Positions 12,671 through 26,981 of a stretch of DNA of 64,000 nucleotides are shown here, one piece after another. The position numbers were made by a program, and so were the translations under genes. The DNA lies in the NCBI GenBank assembly GCA_951406725.2, contig OX597819.1, positions 120,404,001 to 120,468,000 of the forward strand. The letters run 5' to 3'. Below the pieces are notes generated by a model that was given only the letters and a program-made list of their open reading frames with translations, searched no databases and was not told the DNA's origin. The stretch's first letter is position 1; each line of letters begins with the position of its first letter. The DNA is from Octopus vulgaris. Its lineage: Eukaryota.

Positions 12671-15310
12671 TCCGAAAGTCATGGGTGCTGTGTTGTTATT
12701 TGATTTTATTAGCATGTCCGCGAGTGTTTGTGGAGAAATTGTAAGTTCGGGTACGTCGGGTTGAATAAATATTGTATTTTTTCTTTCTGTTGCATCAGGT
12801 CCAACTAAGGGCGACAAATATACTTGTGTCTATTATAATTTTCCTTTATTTGCACTTATCGTAATCCTCTCACCCCTACCTGTTCTATTGTATGCTGTAA
12901 ATGTAGGACACTCACCCCGACTTACCTTTATTTTTTAAGAAATAAACTAGCACAGATTTCCCGGGCTTAAAAAAAAATTAAGAACGAATAAGTTTAAATT
13001 AATTATAATTTTTAATATTCATAAAAAAAGATGTAATAATTATATTAGTTAAGTTTAGAATAATTATAAAAAGTAAGATTGTGTTTTCATTAAATGTTTG
13101 TCGATAATCTTTTAAATAACAGGATGTTGTCTTTATAAACTTTTCATTCTTGGGGATTCTATCCCCAAGTTGTACACCGTGGTTCCAGGTGTGTCGGACA
13201 AAATACTTCACAGCAGTTATTCCGGCTTTTAATTTCTTTGAGATTGATAAAATAAATAAGAGCTGGGCACTGGGGTCGATGTAATTGACTGTACGCCTGC
13301 CCCTTAAATTGTCGGCCTTGTGCCAAAAGTTGGAACCGTTAATGAAAGTAAATTATTAGAACTCTTCTGATCCCGATTTTAACTCGCAAAACTGAAAGCA
13401 ATGCGCTAAACTCGAAGATTGCCAAGTAATTTTTTTTTTTTCTAATAGTTGTACTTATTAGGTAATTACGTACGGTGTGACAATATTTAATACATATTTG
13501 TGAATTAACACGTACAGCGATTATCTCTATTACTCTATACAATGAATGTGTTTACATCTATATTTGATTAATAAATTAAGAGGCTAGGCTAACATTCTTT
13601 AATTATGCACTCCAAAACAACAGAAACTTATAAATAAAAAGAAGTTTTTAAAAATGACTATGTGACCCACCCACGTTCTCTTGTTCCAAAATTTCATCAC
13701 GTTTATTTTTTTCATCGCTTTTATCTTTCCACTGATAACGGCTTATCTCAGTATCCCACCCCGCTCTCCATCATCTATTTTTCACAACGCACCTGTAAAG
13801 TTAACATCCGCCCTCTTATACAAACATATGACTATGTTTACATGCTTTTGTTGTTGTTTAGCGTTTCAGTCGTGACCATCCCATCTTATTATCAGACAAT
13901 AATTTTAAGAACTACATTATCTAATGTGCCCCTCCATTTTTTCATAAGATTGGTTTGGTGTGATTTTAGTGGGATTTGGCTGTTGTTTCTAACAGATCGC
14001 TCGGTTGCGTAGATACGGTTCTATTTTTGTCTACTGATTTATCCGACCGCATGCGTGTTTTCATTGTTTGTTTTTATTTGTTAAGTCAGGCAGGAAAAGC
14101 AGAGCTAGTGACCCCTATTTTCAGGACAACTGTACTTGGTAAGAGAGAGGGGGACCTTTCTTCGAACGGGACGAGACTCGACACGAATGCTTGAAACTGA
14201 ATGAACTCCGCTAAAGGCACTCAAAGTGTCGCATGGTGGTGCAGAACTGAAGCGACGAATAAAGTCGGGAGGTGTTAGCTAGGTTTTTCGACACCGTTTT
14301 AAACAAGGGTTCTCAACGTCTGCCAGCCAAGGACATCAGGCTGAAGATTTGCATGGTTTTCTTCTTATTTCACGTGGTGGGAAAAAAACAAATGGGACTT
14401 GATGAATTATGAAGACCCAGATAGAGGTCCTTTCGAACCTCGTTGCAAGCTACCGATAAAGAGCCTCGCGAGTTTTATTTCGCAGCTAGACGACATAAAT
14501 TTTAATTATTCATTCATTCGTTATGCCTAGGACTACTGTATACAATGACTTTACGTTCTTAAGAAGATAAGTAGTGATTCATGGACATTTGACTGTTATT
14601 TCTAGCAGGTTAAGCCATACATAGGGTGAGAGACTCGAAACGGTTAATTATAGGCGGTACACTATTACCGGCGGGTACATCGTAAGTTCAAATTGGTGAA
14701 GATTTTGCTAGCCGTAACACAAGACGGGGTATGTAGTTTATACCTTTCTGGGAGAGCCTCATCTGCACTAGACTACCTCCCTTTATGAAAAGAGATTTGT
14801 TGAAGGGTTTTGTTATTTTTTCCCTAACATCTTGAGTGAAGTCTTAGTCTCTCTGTCTCGGGTGTTAATAAAAAGTATTGAGTAAATTCAAATATAGTAG
14901 AATAATACTGCACTTGGACTTGTAGAAATGCGCGGTTTGTATGCATATATTCTTTACTGCTGTTATTAATTACTATGTCGCATTTCAAAGAAAATCAGGT
15001 TTCTACCAGGACTCAAATCCTGACCATTAATTAGACTTGCAAAGATTACCACTTAACTATTATTTTGCAAATCGTAATTTTCGTCTTCCCTTATCTATCT
15101 TATCTATCTCCATAGCTCTATATTTATTTATTTAGCTATCTATTGTTAATCAGCTTTTAACCTCCCTGGCTTCAATATCAATCACGTGCGTTTACAAACA
15201 AATTATCTCCCGTTTCGTCTATATTCGTCTCTCCCGCACTTTTTCTATCTTTCTTTCCGATCCTGTTCTACATAAATATAAACGCGCGCATTTATATAGT
15301 GTATGTGTGT

Positions 15311-18300
15311 GTGTACAAACACACACTATTTCTTTATTACCCACTAGGGGCGACGAAGAGGGGACATTACAAGACATGGGGACATAGAACATTATAATTA
15401 AATTTATGAAGGATGAATTGTTATATGAAAAATGATAATATGAAAGCGATGCTAAAGGCCCCATCCGTTAGGTGTACAAACACACTATTTCTTTATTACC
15501 CACTAGGGGCGACGAAGAGGGGACATTACAAGACATGGGGACATAGAACATTATAATTAAATTTATGAAGGATGAATTGTTATATGAAAAATGATAATAT
15601 GAAAGCGATGCTAAAGGCCCCATCCGTTAGGTGTACAAACACACTATTTCTTTATTACCCACTAGGGGCGACGAAGAGGGGACATTACAAGACATGGGGA
15701 CATAGAACATTATAATTAAATTTATGAAGGATGAATTGTTATATGAAAAATGATAATATGAAAGCGATGCTAAAGGCCCCATCCGTTAGGTGTACAAACA
15801 CACTATTTCTTTATTACCCACTAGGGGCGACGAAGAGGGGACATTACAAGACATGGGGACATAGAACATTATAATTAAATTTATGAAGGATGAATTGTTA
15901 TATGAAAAATGATAATATGAAAGCGATGCTAAAGGCCCCATCCGTTAGGTGTACAAACACACTATTTCTTTATTACCCACTAGGGGCGACGAAGAGGGGA
16001 CATTACAAGACATGGGGACATAGAACATTATAATTAAATTTATGAAGGATGAATTGTTATATGAAAAATGATAATATGAAAGCGATGCTAAAGGCCCCAT
16101 CCGTTAGGTGTACAAACACACTATTTCTTTATTACCCACTAGGGGCGACGAAGAGGGGACATTACAAGACATGGGGACATAGAACATTATAATTAAATTT
16201 ATGAAGGATGAATTGTTATATGAAAAATGATAATATGAAAGCGATGCTAAAGGCCCCATCCGTTAGGTGTACAAACACACTATTTCTTTATTACCCACTA
16301 GGGGCGACGAAGAGGGGACATTACAAGACATGGGGACATAGAACATTATAATTAAATTTATGAAGGATGAATTGTTATATGAAAAATGATAATATGAAAG
16401 CGATGCTAAAGGCCCCATCCGTTAGGTGTACAAACACACTATTTCTTTATTACCCACTAGGGGCGACGAAGAGGGGACATTACAAGACATGGGGACATAG
16501 AACATTATAATTAAATTTATGAAGGATGAATTGTTATATGAAAAATGATAATATGAAAGCGATGCTAAAGGCCCCATCCGTTAGGTGTACAAACACACTA
16601 TTTCTTTATTACCCACTAGGGGCGACGAAGAGGGGACATTACAAGACATGGGGACATAGAACATTATAATTAAATTTATGAAGGATGAATTGTTATATGA
16701 AAAATGATAATATGAAAGCGATGCTAAAGGCCCCATCCGTTAGGTGTACAAACACACTATTTCTTTATTACCCACTAGGGGCGACGAAGAGGGGACATTA
16801 CAAGACATGGGGACATAGAACATTATAATTAAATTTATGAAGGATGAATTGTTATATGAAAAATGATAATATGAAAGCGATGCTAAAGGCCCCATCCGTT
16901 AGGTGTACAAACACACTATTTCTTTATTACCCACTAGGGGCGACGAAGAGGGGACATTACAAGACATGGGGACATAGAACATTATAATTAAATTTATGAA
17001 GGATGAATTGTTATATGAAAAATGATAATATGAAAGCGATGCTAAAGGCCCCATCCGTTAGGTGTACAAACACACTATTTCTTTATTACCCACTAGGGGC
17101 GACGAAGAGGGGACATTACAAGACATGGGGACATAGAACATTATAATTAAATTTATGAAGGATGAATTGTTATATGAAAAATGATAATATGAAAGCGATG
17201 CTAAAGGCCCCATCCGTTAGGTGTACAAACACACTATTTCTTTATTACCCACTAGGGGCGACGAAGAGGGGACATTACAAGACATGGGGACATAGAACAT
17301 TATAATTAAATTTATGAAGGATGAATTGTTATATGAAAAATGATAATATGAAAGCGATGCTAAAGGCCCCATCCGTTAGGTGTACAAACACACTATTTCT
17401 TTATTACCCACTAGGGGCGACGAAGAGGGGACATTACAAGACATGGGGACATAGAACATTATAATTAAATTTATGAAGGATGAATTGTTATATGAAAAAT
17501 GATAATATGAAAGCGATGCTAAAGGCCCCATCCGTTAGGTGTACAAACACACTATTTCTTTATTACCCACTAGGGGCGACGAAGAGGGGACATTACAAGA
17601 CATGGGGACATAGAACATTATAATTAAATTTATGAAGGATGAATTGTTATATGAAAAATGATAATATGAAAGCGATGCTAAAGGCCCCATCCGTTAGGTG
17701 TACAAACACACTATTTCTTTATTACCCACTAGGGGCGACGAAGAGGGGACATTACAAGACATGGGGACATAGAACATTATAATTAAATTTATGAAGGATG
17801 AATTGTTATATGAAAAATGATAATATGAAAGCGATGCTAAAGGCCCCATCCGTTAGGTGTACAAACACACTATTTCTTTATTACCCACTAGGGGCGACGA
17901 AGAGGGGACATTACAAGACATGGGGACATAGAACATTATAATTAAATTTATGAAGGATGAATTGTTATATGAAAAATGATAATATGAAAGCGATGCTAAA
18001 GGCCCCATCCGTTAGGTGTACAAACACACTATTTCTTTATTACCCACTAGGGGCGACGAAGAGGGGACATTACAAGACATGGGGACATAGAACATTATAA
18101 TTAAATTTATGAAGGATGAATTGTTATATGAAAAATGATAATATGAAAGCGATGCTAAAGGCCCCGTCCGTTAGGTGTACAAACACACTATTTCTTTATT
18201 ACCCACTAGGGGCGACGAAGAGGGGACATTACAAGACATGGGGACATAGAACATTATAATTAAATTTATGAAGGATGAATTGTTATATGAAAAATGATAA

Positions 18301-20028
18301 TATGAAAGCGATGCTAAAGGCCCCATCCGTTAGGTGTACAAACACACTATTTCTTTATTACCCACTAGGGGCGACGAAGAGGGGACATTACAAGACATGG
18401 GGACATAGAACATTATAATTAAATTTATGAAGGATGAATTGTTACATGAAAAAATGATAATATGAAAGCGATGCTAATGGCCCCATCCGTTAGGTTACAA
18501 ACACACTATTTCTTTATTACCCACTAGGGGCGACGAAGAGGGGACATTACAAGACATGGGGACATAGAACATTATAATTAAATTTATGAAGGATGAATTG
18601 TTATATGAAAAATGATAATATGAAAGCGATGCTAAAGGCCCCATCCGTTAGGTGTACAAACACACTATTTCTTTATTACCCACTAGGGGCGACGAAGAGG
18701 GGACATTACAAGACATGGGGACATAGAACATTATAATTAAATTTATGAAGGATGAATTGTTACATGAAAAAATGATAATATGAAAGCGATGCTAAAGGCC
18801 CCATCCGTTAGGTGTACAAACACACTATTTCTTTATTACCCACTAGGGGCGACGAAGAGGGGACACCACAAGACATGGGGACATAGAACATTAAATTTAT
18901 GAAGGATGAATTGTTATATGAAAAATGATAATATGAAAGCGATGCTAAAGGCCCCATCCGTTAGGTGTACAAACACACTATTTCTTTATTACCCACTAGG
19001 GGCGACGAAGAGGGGACATTACAAGACATGGGGACATAGAACATTATAATTAAATTTATGAAGGATGAATTGTTATATGAAAAATGATAATATGAAAGCG
19101 ATGCTAAAGGCCCCATCCGTTAGGTGTACAAACACACTATTTCTTTATTACCCACTAGGGGCGACGAAGAGGGGACATTACAAGACATGGGGACATAGAA
19201 CATTATAATTAAATTTATGAAGGATGAATTGTTATATGAAAAATGATAATATGAAAGCGATGCTAAAGGCCCCATCCGTTAGGTGTACAAACACACTATT
19301 TCTTTATTACCCACTAGGGGCGACGAAGAGGGGACATTACAAGACATGGGGACATAGAACATTATAATTAAATTTATGAAGGATGAATTGTTATATGAAA
19401 AATGATAATATGAAAGCGATGCTAAAGGCCCCATCCGTTAGGTGTACAAACACACTATTTCTTTATTACCCACTAGGGGCGACGAAGAGGGACATTACAA
19501 GACATGGGACATAGAACATTATAATTAAATTTATGAAGGATGAATTGTTATATGAAAAATGATAATATGAAAGCGATGCTAAAGGCATCCGTTAGGTGTA
19601 CAAACACACTATTTCTTTATTACCCACTAGGGGACGAAGAGGGGACATTACAAGACACATAGAACATTATAATTAAATTTATGAAGGATGAATTGTTATA
19701 TGAAAAATGATAATATGAAAGCGATGCTAAAGGCCCCATCCGTTAGGTGTACAAACACACTATTTCTTTATTACCCACTAGGGGCGACGAAGAGAGGACA
19801 TTACAAGACATGGGGACATAGAACATTATAATTAAATTTATGAAGGATGAATTGTTATATGAAAAATGATAATATGAAAGCGATGCTAAAGGCCCCATCC
19901 GTTAGGTGTACAAACACACTATTTCTTTATTACCCACTAGGGGCGACGAAGAGGGGACATTACAAGACATGGGGACATAGAACATTATAATTAAATTTAT
20001 GAAGGATGAATTGTTATATGAAAAATGA
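15311..20028. repeat. 159-bp satellite array, ~30 copies, running into an assembly gap
   Basis: CCACTAGGGG at 15341, 15500, 15659... (period 159); copies essentially identical until ~18160, then scattered indels and substitutions. Confidence 0.99.
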
Positions 20029-20128
20029 NNNNNNNNNNNNNNNNNNNNNNNNNNNNNNNNNNNNNNNNNNNNNNNNNNNNNNNNNNNNNNNNNNNNNNNN
20101 NNNNNNNNNNNNNNNNNNNNNNNNNNNN
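20029..20128. other. Assembly gap (100 N)
   Basis: Run of 100 N. Confidence 1.
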
Positions 20129-20230
20129 TCACCACCCTATATATATTTTACGTATATGTTTTAAGCAATTTTTAAAAGATTAATTCAATAGTTATTCATC
20201 CAAGCGAGATATAAACAGTAGTAGCAGGAC

Positions 20231-20591
20231 ATCGTGAAGTATATTTGCCGCGTAAATGTGGCTAACCCTTAAGTGTTGATGCTACTGTAGCTTGTAGCCC
20301 CAGGAAGACATCTCCTCCAGCTGGTTTGTAGAGGTATTTTGGTGCAGTATTTGCAAAAGTAAGTCATCGTTCCCATCTCCAGCCTGACGTGGGTTAATGA
20401 GGACAGGTCAATACCAAGAAGCTAGGGTCCATGTGTCTTACGTCAGGCTGGAGATGGGAATGATGACCTCCCTTTCCAAATACTGATAGGGCACAGATAG
20501 TGTGGAGGAGATGTCTTCCTGGGGATACAAGCTACAGTAGCATCCACGCTTAAGGGTTAGCCATATTTAGGTGACAAATATGCTACACGAT
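20231..20591. mobile_element. Foldback MITE (~360 bp)
   Basis: Outer arms 20231-20319 / 20502-20591 and inner arms 20345-20390 / 20440-20486 are imperfect inverted repeats. Confidence 0.85.
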
Positions 20592-20753
20592 ATATATATA
20601 CATATATATAATATTATAATTAAGGGTATCTACGAGATACCTCCACGCTGGAAATAGCAGCCAAAACTTGACTTTAAAACCACATTAAATGTTCATACAG
20701 CACCAGGAGAGAAGTCAAAAGGACAAGATGAACTAGCAAAAAATTACAGGATA

Positions 20754-20811
20754 ATTCCAGATCTCGGATTTCTGGATTTGCATAAGAAATGCTTTGCCTC
20801 ATCAGTGGAAT
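20754..20811 (-). ncRNA. Type I hammerhead ribozyme motif (canonical CUGAUGA core)
   Basis: Minus strand: ATTCCA-CTGATGA-GGCAAAGCAT TTCTT ATGCAAATCC A-GAAA-TC CGA GA-TC|TGGAAT; 6-bp stem I, short stem III, one extra A before GAAA. Confidence 0.6.
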
Positions 20812-20967
20812 ATACACAGAGAGTAACATAAATACACATATATATACATATAACATACGAATACTTACATATACGAACGTATACATAAATATATATACAC
20901 GTATGCACACGGCCAGTTTAAAATGCCTGCCTATAACTCCTCGTACGATATGGCCAAAATATCAACC

Positions 20968-21522
20968 ACTCGTTTGTAGAGGTATTTTGGTGCAGGAACT
21001 TTGGGCAACTTACGTACATTTCTAGTGGGAAGAACAATTGAAATATTCTTCTGCCTCATCTATCGATTCGGGGCCCGTCCGAGATTTGTAAACCATTCTG
21101 CATGTCCTGGAATATTACTGGTTTCTTGAGAGAACGCTGAACGTCGCAGTGATACCGTTGCCCTTTTTCAAGTATCATTATTCTGTATCTCATTTGGATC
21201 CAGATTCTGCCTGGGGCAACTGAAGAGTATCAGGATGGCGGCTGGTAGATTTAAATCCGTTCATTCTCTAGAAAAGTTGCTGGTGGGTATGCGAGTCACT
21301 GTTCAGGGTTTCGTTCAGATAAATATATCAAGTATGTATGTACTCGTTTGTAGAGATATTTTGATGCAGAAATTTTGGGCAACGTACGGACATTTCTAGT
21401 GGGAAGGACAATTGAAATATTCCCCTACCTCATCTATCGATTCAGGGCCCGTTCGAGATTTGCAAACCATTCTGCATGTTCGGGAATGTTACTGGAGGCT
21501 TGAGAGAACGCTGAACATCGCA
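20968..21522. repeat. Diverged ~180-bp direct duplication, possibly remnants of a Tc1/mariner-type element
   Basis: 20968-21148 is similar to 21342-21522; the upstream segment 20905-20968 resembles a Tc1-type terminal region (weak). Confidence 0.6.
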
Positions 21523-21624
21523 TTCTAATGATTGCAACGGAATGATGCAGTTTTGTCTGTCTTCGACAGAAACGGGTATATTCTAGAAGTACCTTTGAAT
21601 ACGAACCACCTGTAGAAAGATAAA

Positions 21625-21883
21625 AGCTAAATGACCAAGCATAGATTGGCATATTTCGGTCATATTATGCGGAGGAAATCCCTGGAGAATGACATCATGC
21701 TCGGAATGGTCAGTGGCAAGAGAGGAAGAGGCCGACCAAGAACCCGCTGGCTTGACACCATCAAGAGTGATACCGGAATGGACATAGCCAATCTGAAAGA
21801 AGCGGCCCAGGATAGAACTGACTGGAGGACACTGATCCAACGAGTAACCGAGAGTCTACTTCAACTGAGCGGATAGATAGATA
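21625..21883 (+). mobile_element. RTE-clade LINE 3' end (5'-truncated)
   Basis: RLAYFGHIMRR..LENDIMLGMVSGKRGRGRPRTRWLDTI..AQDRTDWR motif, stop, then (GATA)n tail. Confidence 0.92.
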
Positions 21884-22570
21884 CTAGAAAGCTGGGAAGT
21901 TGAAGACGGGCTTTCATATAGACTGAATTAACTGATACACTACCGGGCAAAGAAAGTCTCTGTTTGGGATTTAATGTAGTACAGGACGTTTTATTTTTTT
22001 CATTTCGGGGATCGGTAAACGACGCCATTCAGAGTTCATAACTCAGGGCGTCTACTGAATAACAACACGCTCCAATAGCCAGTTTGTAAGCAAGTTGAAA
22101 GTAGCATCACTCATAGTCCCCAGATATTTGGCAAGGTGATAATAACTGCCGTACGGTTTACCAGTATTATACGTATTGGAAAAACAATGCGATGTGATAC
22201 GCATATGCGATTTCTATACGAACAATGAAATTGCTATATCAGGAAGTTTTGTTAACAAACTTACATATCTCTAGATTATTAGCGTATAGTCTCTCCACAC
22301 ACACACACACACACGCACACACGCATGTATGTATGTTTGCGTGTGTATATTTGCCATTTGAAACATTTTGCAGAGTTATTTTATTGTCTATAACGAAATT
22401 TCTAATCTATGTTTTATAATAAATTTCCAGCATTCGTTTATCTTCGTTTATCAGTGTTTCTAAGTTGACTTCATAATCTATTTAATTATTCATTCGATTC
22501 TTATTGTTCTATTTATCTGACGAATGTTGTTTAATCATCAGCATATACATGCATACATATACATACAGAC

Positions 22571-22925
<355 letters not shown>

Positions 22926-23166
22926 AGACACAAAACAAAATGAAGGAAGCAAAAATGGCTATGAGATGCTTCTGATAATAATGATAAGAGCTATATATGA
23001 TATATATGTATATATATACATACATGTATGCGCCTATGTGTGTGTATGTGTTCGTGTGTGTGTGGTATAACCTTAATATGACCTCATCATCGCGTTTGCG
23101 ATCAGGATACTGCCAAACGTAGATGACAATGTTGATGCTGATAACAGAAAAGATGGGAAAAAGACT

Positions 23167-23210
<44 letters not shown>

Positions 23211-23279
23211 TGTGTGTGGTTGTGTGTATATACGTGCGCCTGTACGCTTCTATCTGAAAATGCGAAAGGAAGAATATAT

Positions 23280-23325
<46 letters not shown>

Positions 23326-23391
23326 AAGGAAATGAAAGGGAAGCAGGAAAAGCAGATTCACTTATCAAATCTTTATACATACATATATACC

Positions 23392-23441
<50 letters not shown>

Positions 23442-23553
23442 CATATATATGCATATATACATATATACATACATATTTATATATATACATACATATACAT
23501 ATATATTCATATATATGTATATATATATTATATATATATGCATATATGCATGT

Positions 23554-23586
<33 letters not shown>

Positions 23587-23587
23587 C

Positions 23588-23620
<33 letters not shown>

Positions 23621-23988
23621 CATACATATATACATAGTCGTCTGGTCATAAATATACATACTTACATATATATATATAGAGGAAGAAGATGACAATCAAA
23701 ACGCTGACATTTCGCAACGCATTCATTAAATAGGTAAATAAATAAATAATATACATACATACATTCACACACGCGCACACATACGTGTGTATATATTTGT
23801 GTTTGTGTGTAAAGCAAAGCTATATAACAGCTGGACACCACTTGAATGATAAGAAATATGAAGGTCAGTTGATTGTCGGAAATTAGCTATATAAAACTCA
23901 CTTAAATACACAAATATACAGATCTCTCTGTAGTTGTTCTGCACCTCGCAGCCACACATAAATTAAAGTACGGTTTAGAAGTACTACA

Positions 23989-24039
<51 letters not shown>

Positions 24040-24179
24040 ATGATTTTGCTTGTGTGCTGAAATGTGTGTGTGTGGTAAAATGTATCTGTGTGTGTTTCGT
24101 TTTTGAGGTGAAAACTTGATTACGACTTCGAAATTGCGGTTTCTTGGATTTTACCTCAGTTCTTCTTGCCTTTATATAG

Positions 24180-24628
24180 TCTTTTCTACTCTAGTTACAA
24201 GGCCAGAAATATTTGGGAAGGGAACCAGTTGATTAGATCGACTCCAGTACGCAACTGGTACTGAATTTATCGACCCAAAAGGATAAAAGGCAGAGACCTC
24301 GGCGGAATTTCAACTCAGAGCGTAAAGGCAGAAGAAATACCTATTTCTTTACTACCCACAAGGGGCTAAACACAGAAGGGACAAACAGGAACAGACAAAC
24401 GGATTAAGTAGATTACATCGATCCCAGTGCGTAACTGGTACTGAATTTATCGACCCCGAAAGGATGAACGGCAAAGTCGACCTCGGCGGAATTTGAACTC
24501 AGAACGTAACAGCAGATGAAATACATATTTCTTTACTACCCACAAGGGGCTAAACATAGAGAGGACAAACAAGGACAGACAAACGGATTAAGTCGATTAC
24601 ATCGGCCCCAGTGCGTAACTGGTATTTA
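24180..24628 (-). mobile_element. Tandem array of SINE family A units
   Basis: Repeated ...GAAAGGATGAAAGGCAAAGTCGACCTCGGCGGAATTTGAACTCAG...GAAATAC|CTATTTCTTTACTACCCACAAGGGGCTAAAC units. Confidence 0.9.
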
Positions 24629-24634
24629 TTGGCC

Positions 24635-25708
24635 TCATTCTCTCTCTTCATCATAATTGGAGTGGAGAGCATGCTTTTGGGGGTAGTTGTTGCTTAATAA
24701 ACTGTTACTGAGCTTGATCATTTCTTCGTGGTATATATCACGATCGCTACTTATATTCTTTGCACGATGTTTTCGGCACTGAGCAATCCCTCTGTTTACA
24801 CTGTATGGATGGTGGGAATTGAAGTTGAGGTATTGTCCAATGAAAATCGGCTTGTGGTATACGGATATCCTGAATCCATACTTAGTGCGTATTATTAATA
24901 CGTCCAGGAATGCCAGCTGATTGTCTTTTTCTTTTTCCATTGTGAACTGTGTGGCTGGCTTTATTGAGTTCACATGACCTAACAGCACTTGGACATCTTC
25001 CTGGTGAGGCCAGATTATGAAGGTGTCATCAACATATCGCAGCCATAGGGTTAGTTTTACAGGTGTTGGTCCTAAAGCCAAATTCTCAAAGAAGCTATTA
25101 TCGGTGATAATGGCGAACCCATAGCTAAACCCTCTTCTTGTCGATATATATCAGTGTCCATAATGATATAGGTAGTTTCTACACAGAAGGTCCACATTTC
25201 CATCAGGTTTCTTAGTGGTATACTAGTACGATCCTTTAGATGGGTGTGTGTCACTAGTTGTTCTTGAATAACTGAGAGTGCTTCACCAGTTGGTACTTTG
25301 GTGAACAGACTTATCACATCTAGATTCGCCATCTGGTTGGATTCAATGGGTGTATCATTGATCAATTCTGTGAAGTGGGCGGAATTCTTCATGTACGATG
25401 TTCACTTTCTTGCTAATGGACTGATTATATCCGCAAGGAAGCGGCCCAGTGGATGACATGTTGAACCTCTACAGCTCACTATAGGTCGTAATGGAATACC
25501 ATCGTTGTGAATCTTAGGAAGACCGTACATGTGTGGTAGTTTTCTGTAGCGTTGAGTTAGTTGTCTGTACTTCATCAGTGTAAATTGATCCTTCTTCTTG
25601 TTCAAGATCTGTAACAACTTCTCTGTTTTCAATGTAGGGTCTTTCTTTACTTTCCTATAGCTACCATCACTTATAAGACTTACCAGTTTTTTCGAGTAGT
25701 CAGACTTG
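24635..25708 (-). pseudogene. Penelope-like element reverse transcriptase, frameshifted and truncated (GIY-YIG domain not seen)
   Basis: YGLPKIH..IPLRPIVS, LDVISLFTKVP, GLAMGSPLSPIIA, WLRYVDDTF, FTMEKEKDNQLAFLDV and YLNFNSHHP motifs split over three ORFs. Confidence 0.93.
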
Positions 25709-25710
25709 TA

Positions 25711-26981
25711 CGAGGGGCGTTCAATAAGTAATGTCCCTGATCAATTTCCCATAGCAGTAGAGCAACGAAACTTGGCACAGTTATTAGTCTTTTTCTACAT
25801 AGGAACAACCCAGAGTTACGCATTTCTCCCATCGTTTGATGCAGCTCTGGAGACCGTTTGCTTGGTCCTCCAACCACGACTTGACTTCAGAAATCAAGGC
25901 TGCATCATCTGGGAAACGCTTTCCTTTCAAAAACAACTTCATGGCTGGGAAGAGGTGAAAATCAGAGGGTACAAGGTCAGGAGAGTAGGGGGATGGGGGA
26001 AGAGTTCATAGCCGCACGCCTGTGCTTCTGATCTGGCGACACGCGAGTTGTGGACCGGAGCGTTGTCCTGCAAGAGGAGGATGCCTTTGCTGATCTTGCC
26101 TCGCCTCTTGGTTTTGATGGCTTCTCTTAATTTCCTCAAAAGTGAAGCATGATAGGCTCCTGTAATTGTGGTACCCTTTGCCAGGAAATCTGTCATCACT
26201 ACTCCGTCCTGGTCCCAGAAGACTGTGAGCATGACCTTGCCAGCGGAGGGCTGCACCCTTGCCTTCTTTGGAGGAGGTGAGTCATGGCGCTTCCACTGCA
26301 TTGACTGGGCTTTGGTCTCTGGATCATAGTGATGGACCCAGGTTTCATCCTGTGTAATCAGTCTTTTGAAAAATTTTGACTCATCTTCTTGGCACATCCC
26401 TAAATTCATCCTCGAGCACTCGACGCGTTCTTGCTTCTGGAAAAGTGTGAGCAACCTGGGAATCCATCTGGCAGACACCTTTTGCATATGCAAATGGTCA
26501 TGAATGGTAGTTTCCACAGACCCGGTACTAATCTTGACCTCATGGGCTATTTGGCGAATAGTTATGCGTCGATCTTTCAAAATGGCAGCCTCAACTTGAC
26601 GGACAGATGACTCATCAATGGCAGAAGGGGTGCGACCAGATCTGGGAGCTGTTTCCACAGAGTTCCGACCATGTTTGAATTCACGATGCCAGCGTTTTAC
26701 AAGGTCATATGATGGGGCATCATCACCATAAGTTACTTTCATTTCATCAAAAGTCTCCTGTGGTGTGCGTCATTTCAAATACAAAAACCGGATCACTGCT
26801 CGACACTCAACAGGCTCCATTTCCCACTTGACTCATTTCAAACACCTGTAAATCAGAAACCACAATTAGTTCGTGATTTGCCACTTACTCGATAGAGATA
26901 TAAATGTTTGCACATGCAAAATTTCAGCTAGATCAAACAACGGCAAGTGGGTCAGAGGCATTACTTATTGAACGCCCCTCG
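25711..26981 (-). mobile_element. Full-length mariner (DD34D) DNA transposon, 1271 bp, TA TSD
   Basis: TIR CGAGGGGCGTTCAATAAGTAATG (23 bp perfect, ~30 bp imperfect) at both ends, flanked by TA at 25709-10 and 26982-83. Confidence 0.97.
25784..26820 (-). pseudogene. Mariner transposase, inactivated
   Basis: ATG at 26820 (MEPVECRAVIRFLYLK*), in-frame TGA at 26770-72; WIPRLL, TQDETW, QDNAPVH motifs; 1-nt deletion near 25988 breaks HPPYSPDLVPSDF; C-terminus RWEKCVTLGCSYVEKD*. Confidence 0.93.

Noticed and set aside
15311-20028. Regular array as CRISPR or a tandem RNA-gene cluster
   Set aside because: No variable spacers, no cas genes, and no tRNA/5S/snRNA or Pol III boxes; it is a plain satellite
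25939-26742. Intact transposase or SETMAR-like host gene
   Set aside because: Upstream in-frame stop and frameshift before the third catalytic Asp; bounded by TIRs, no SET domain
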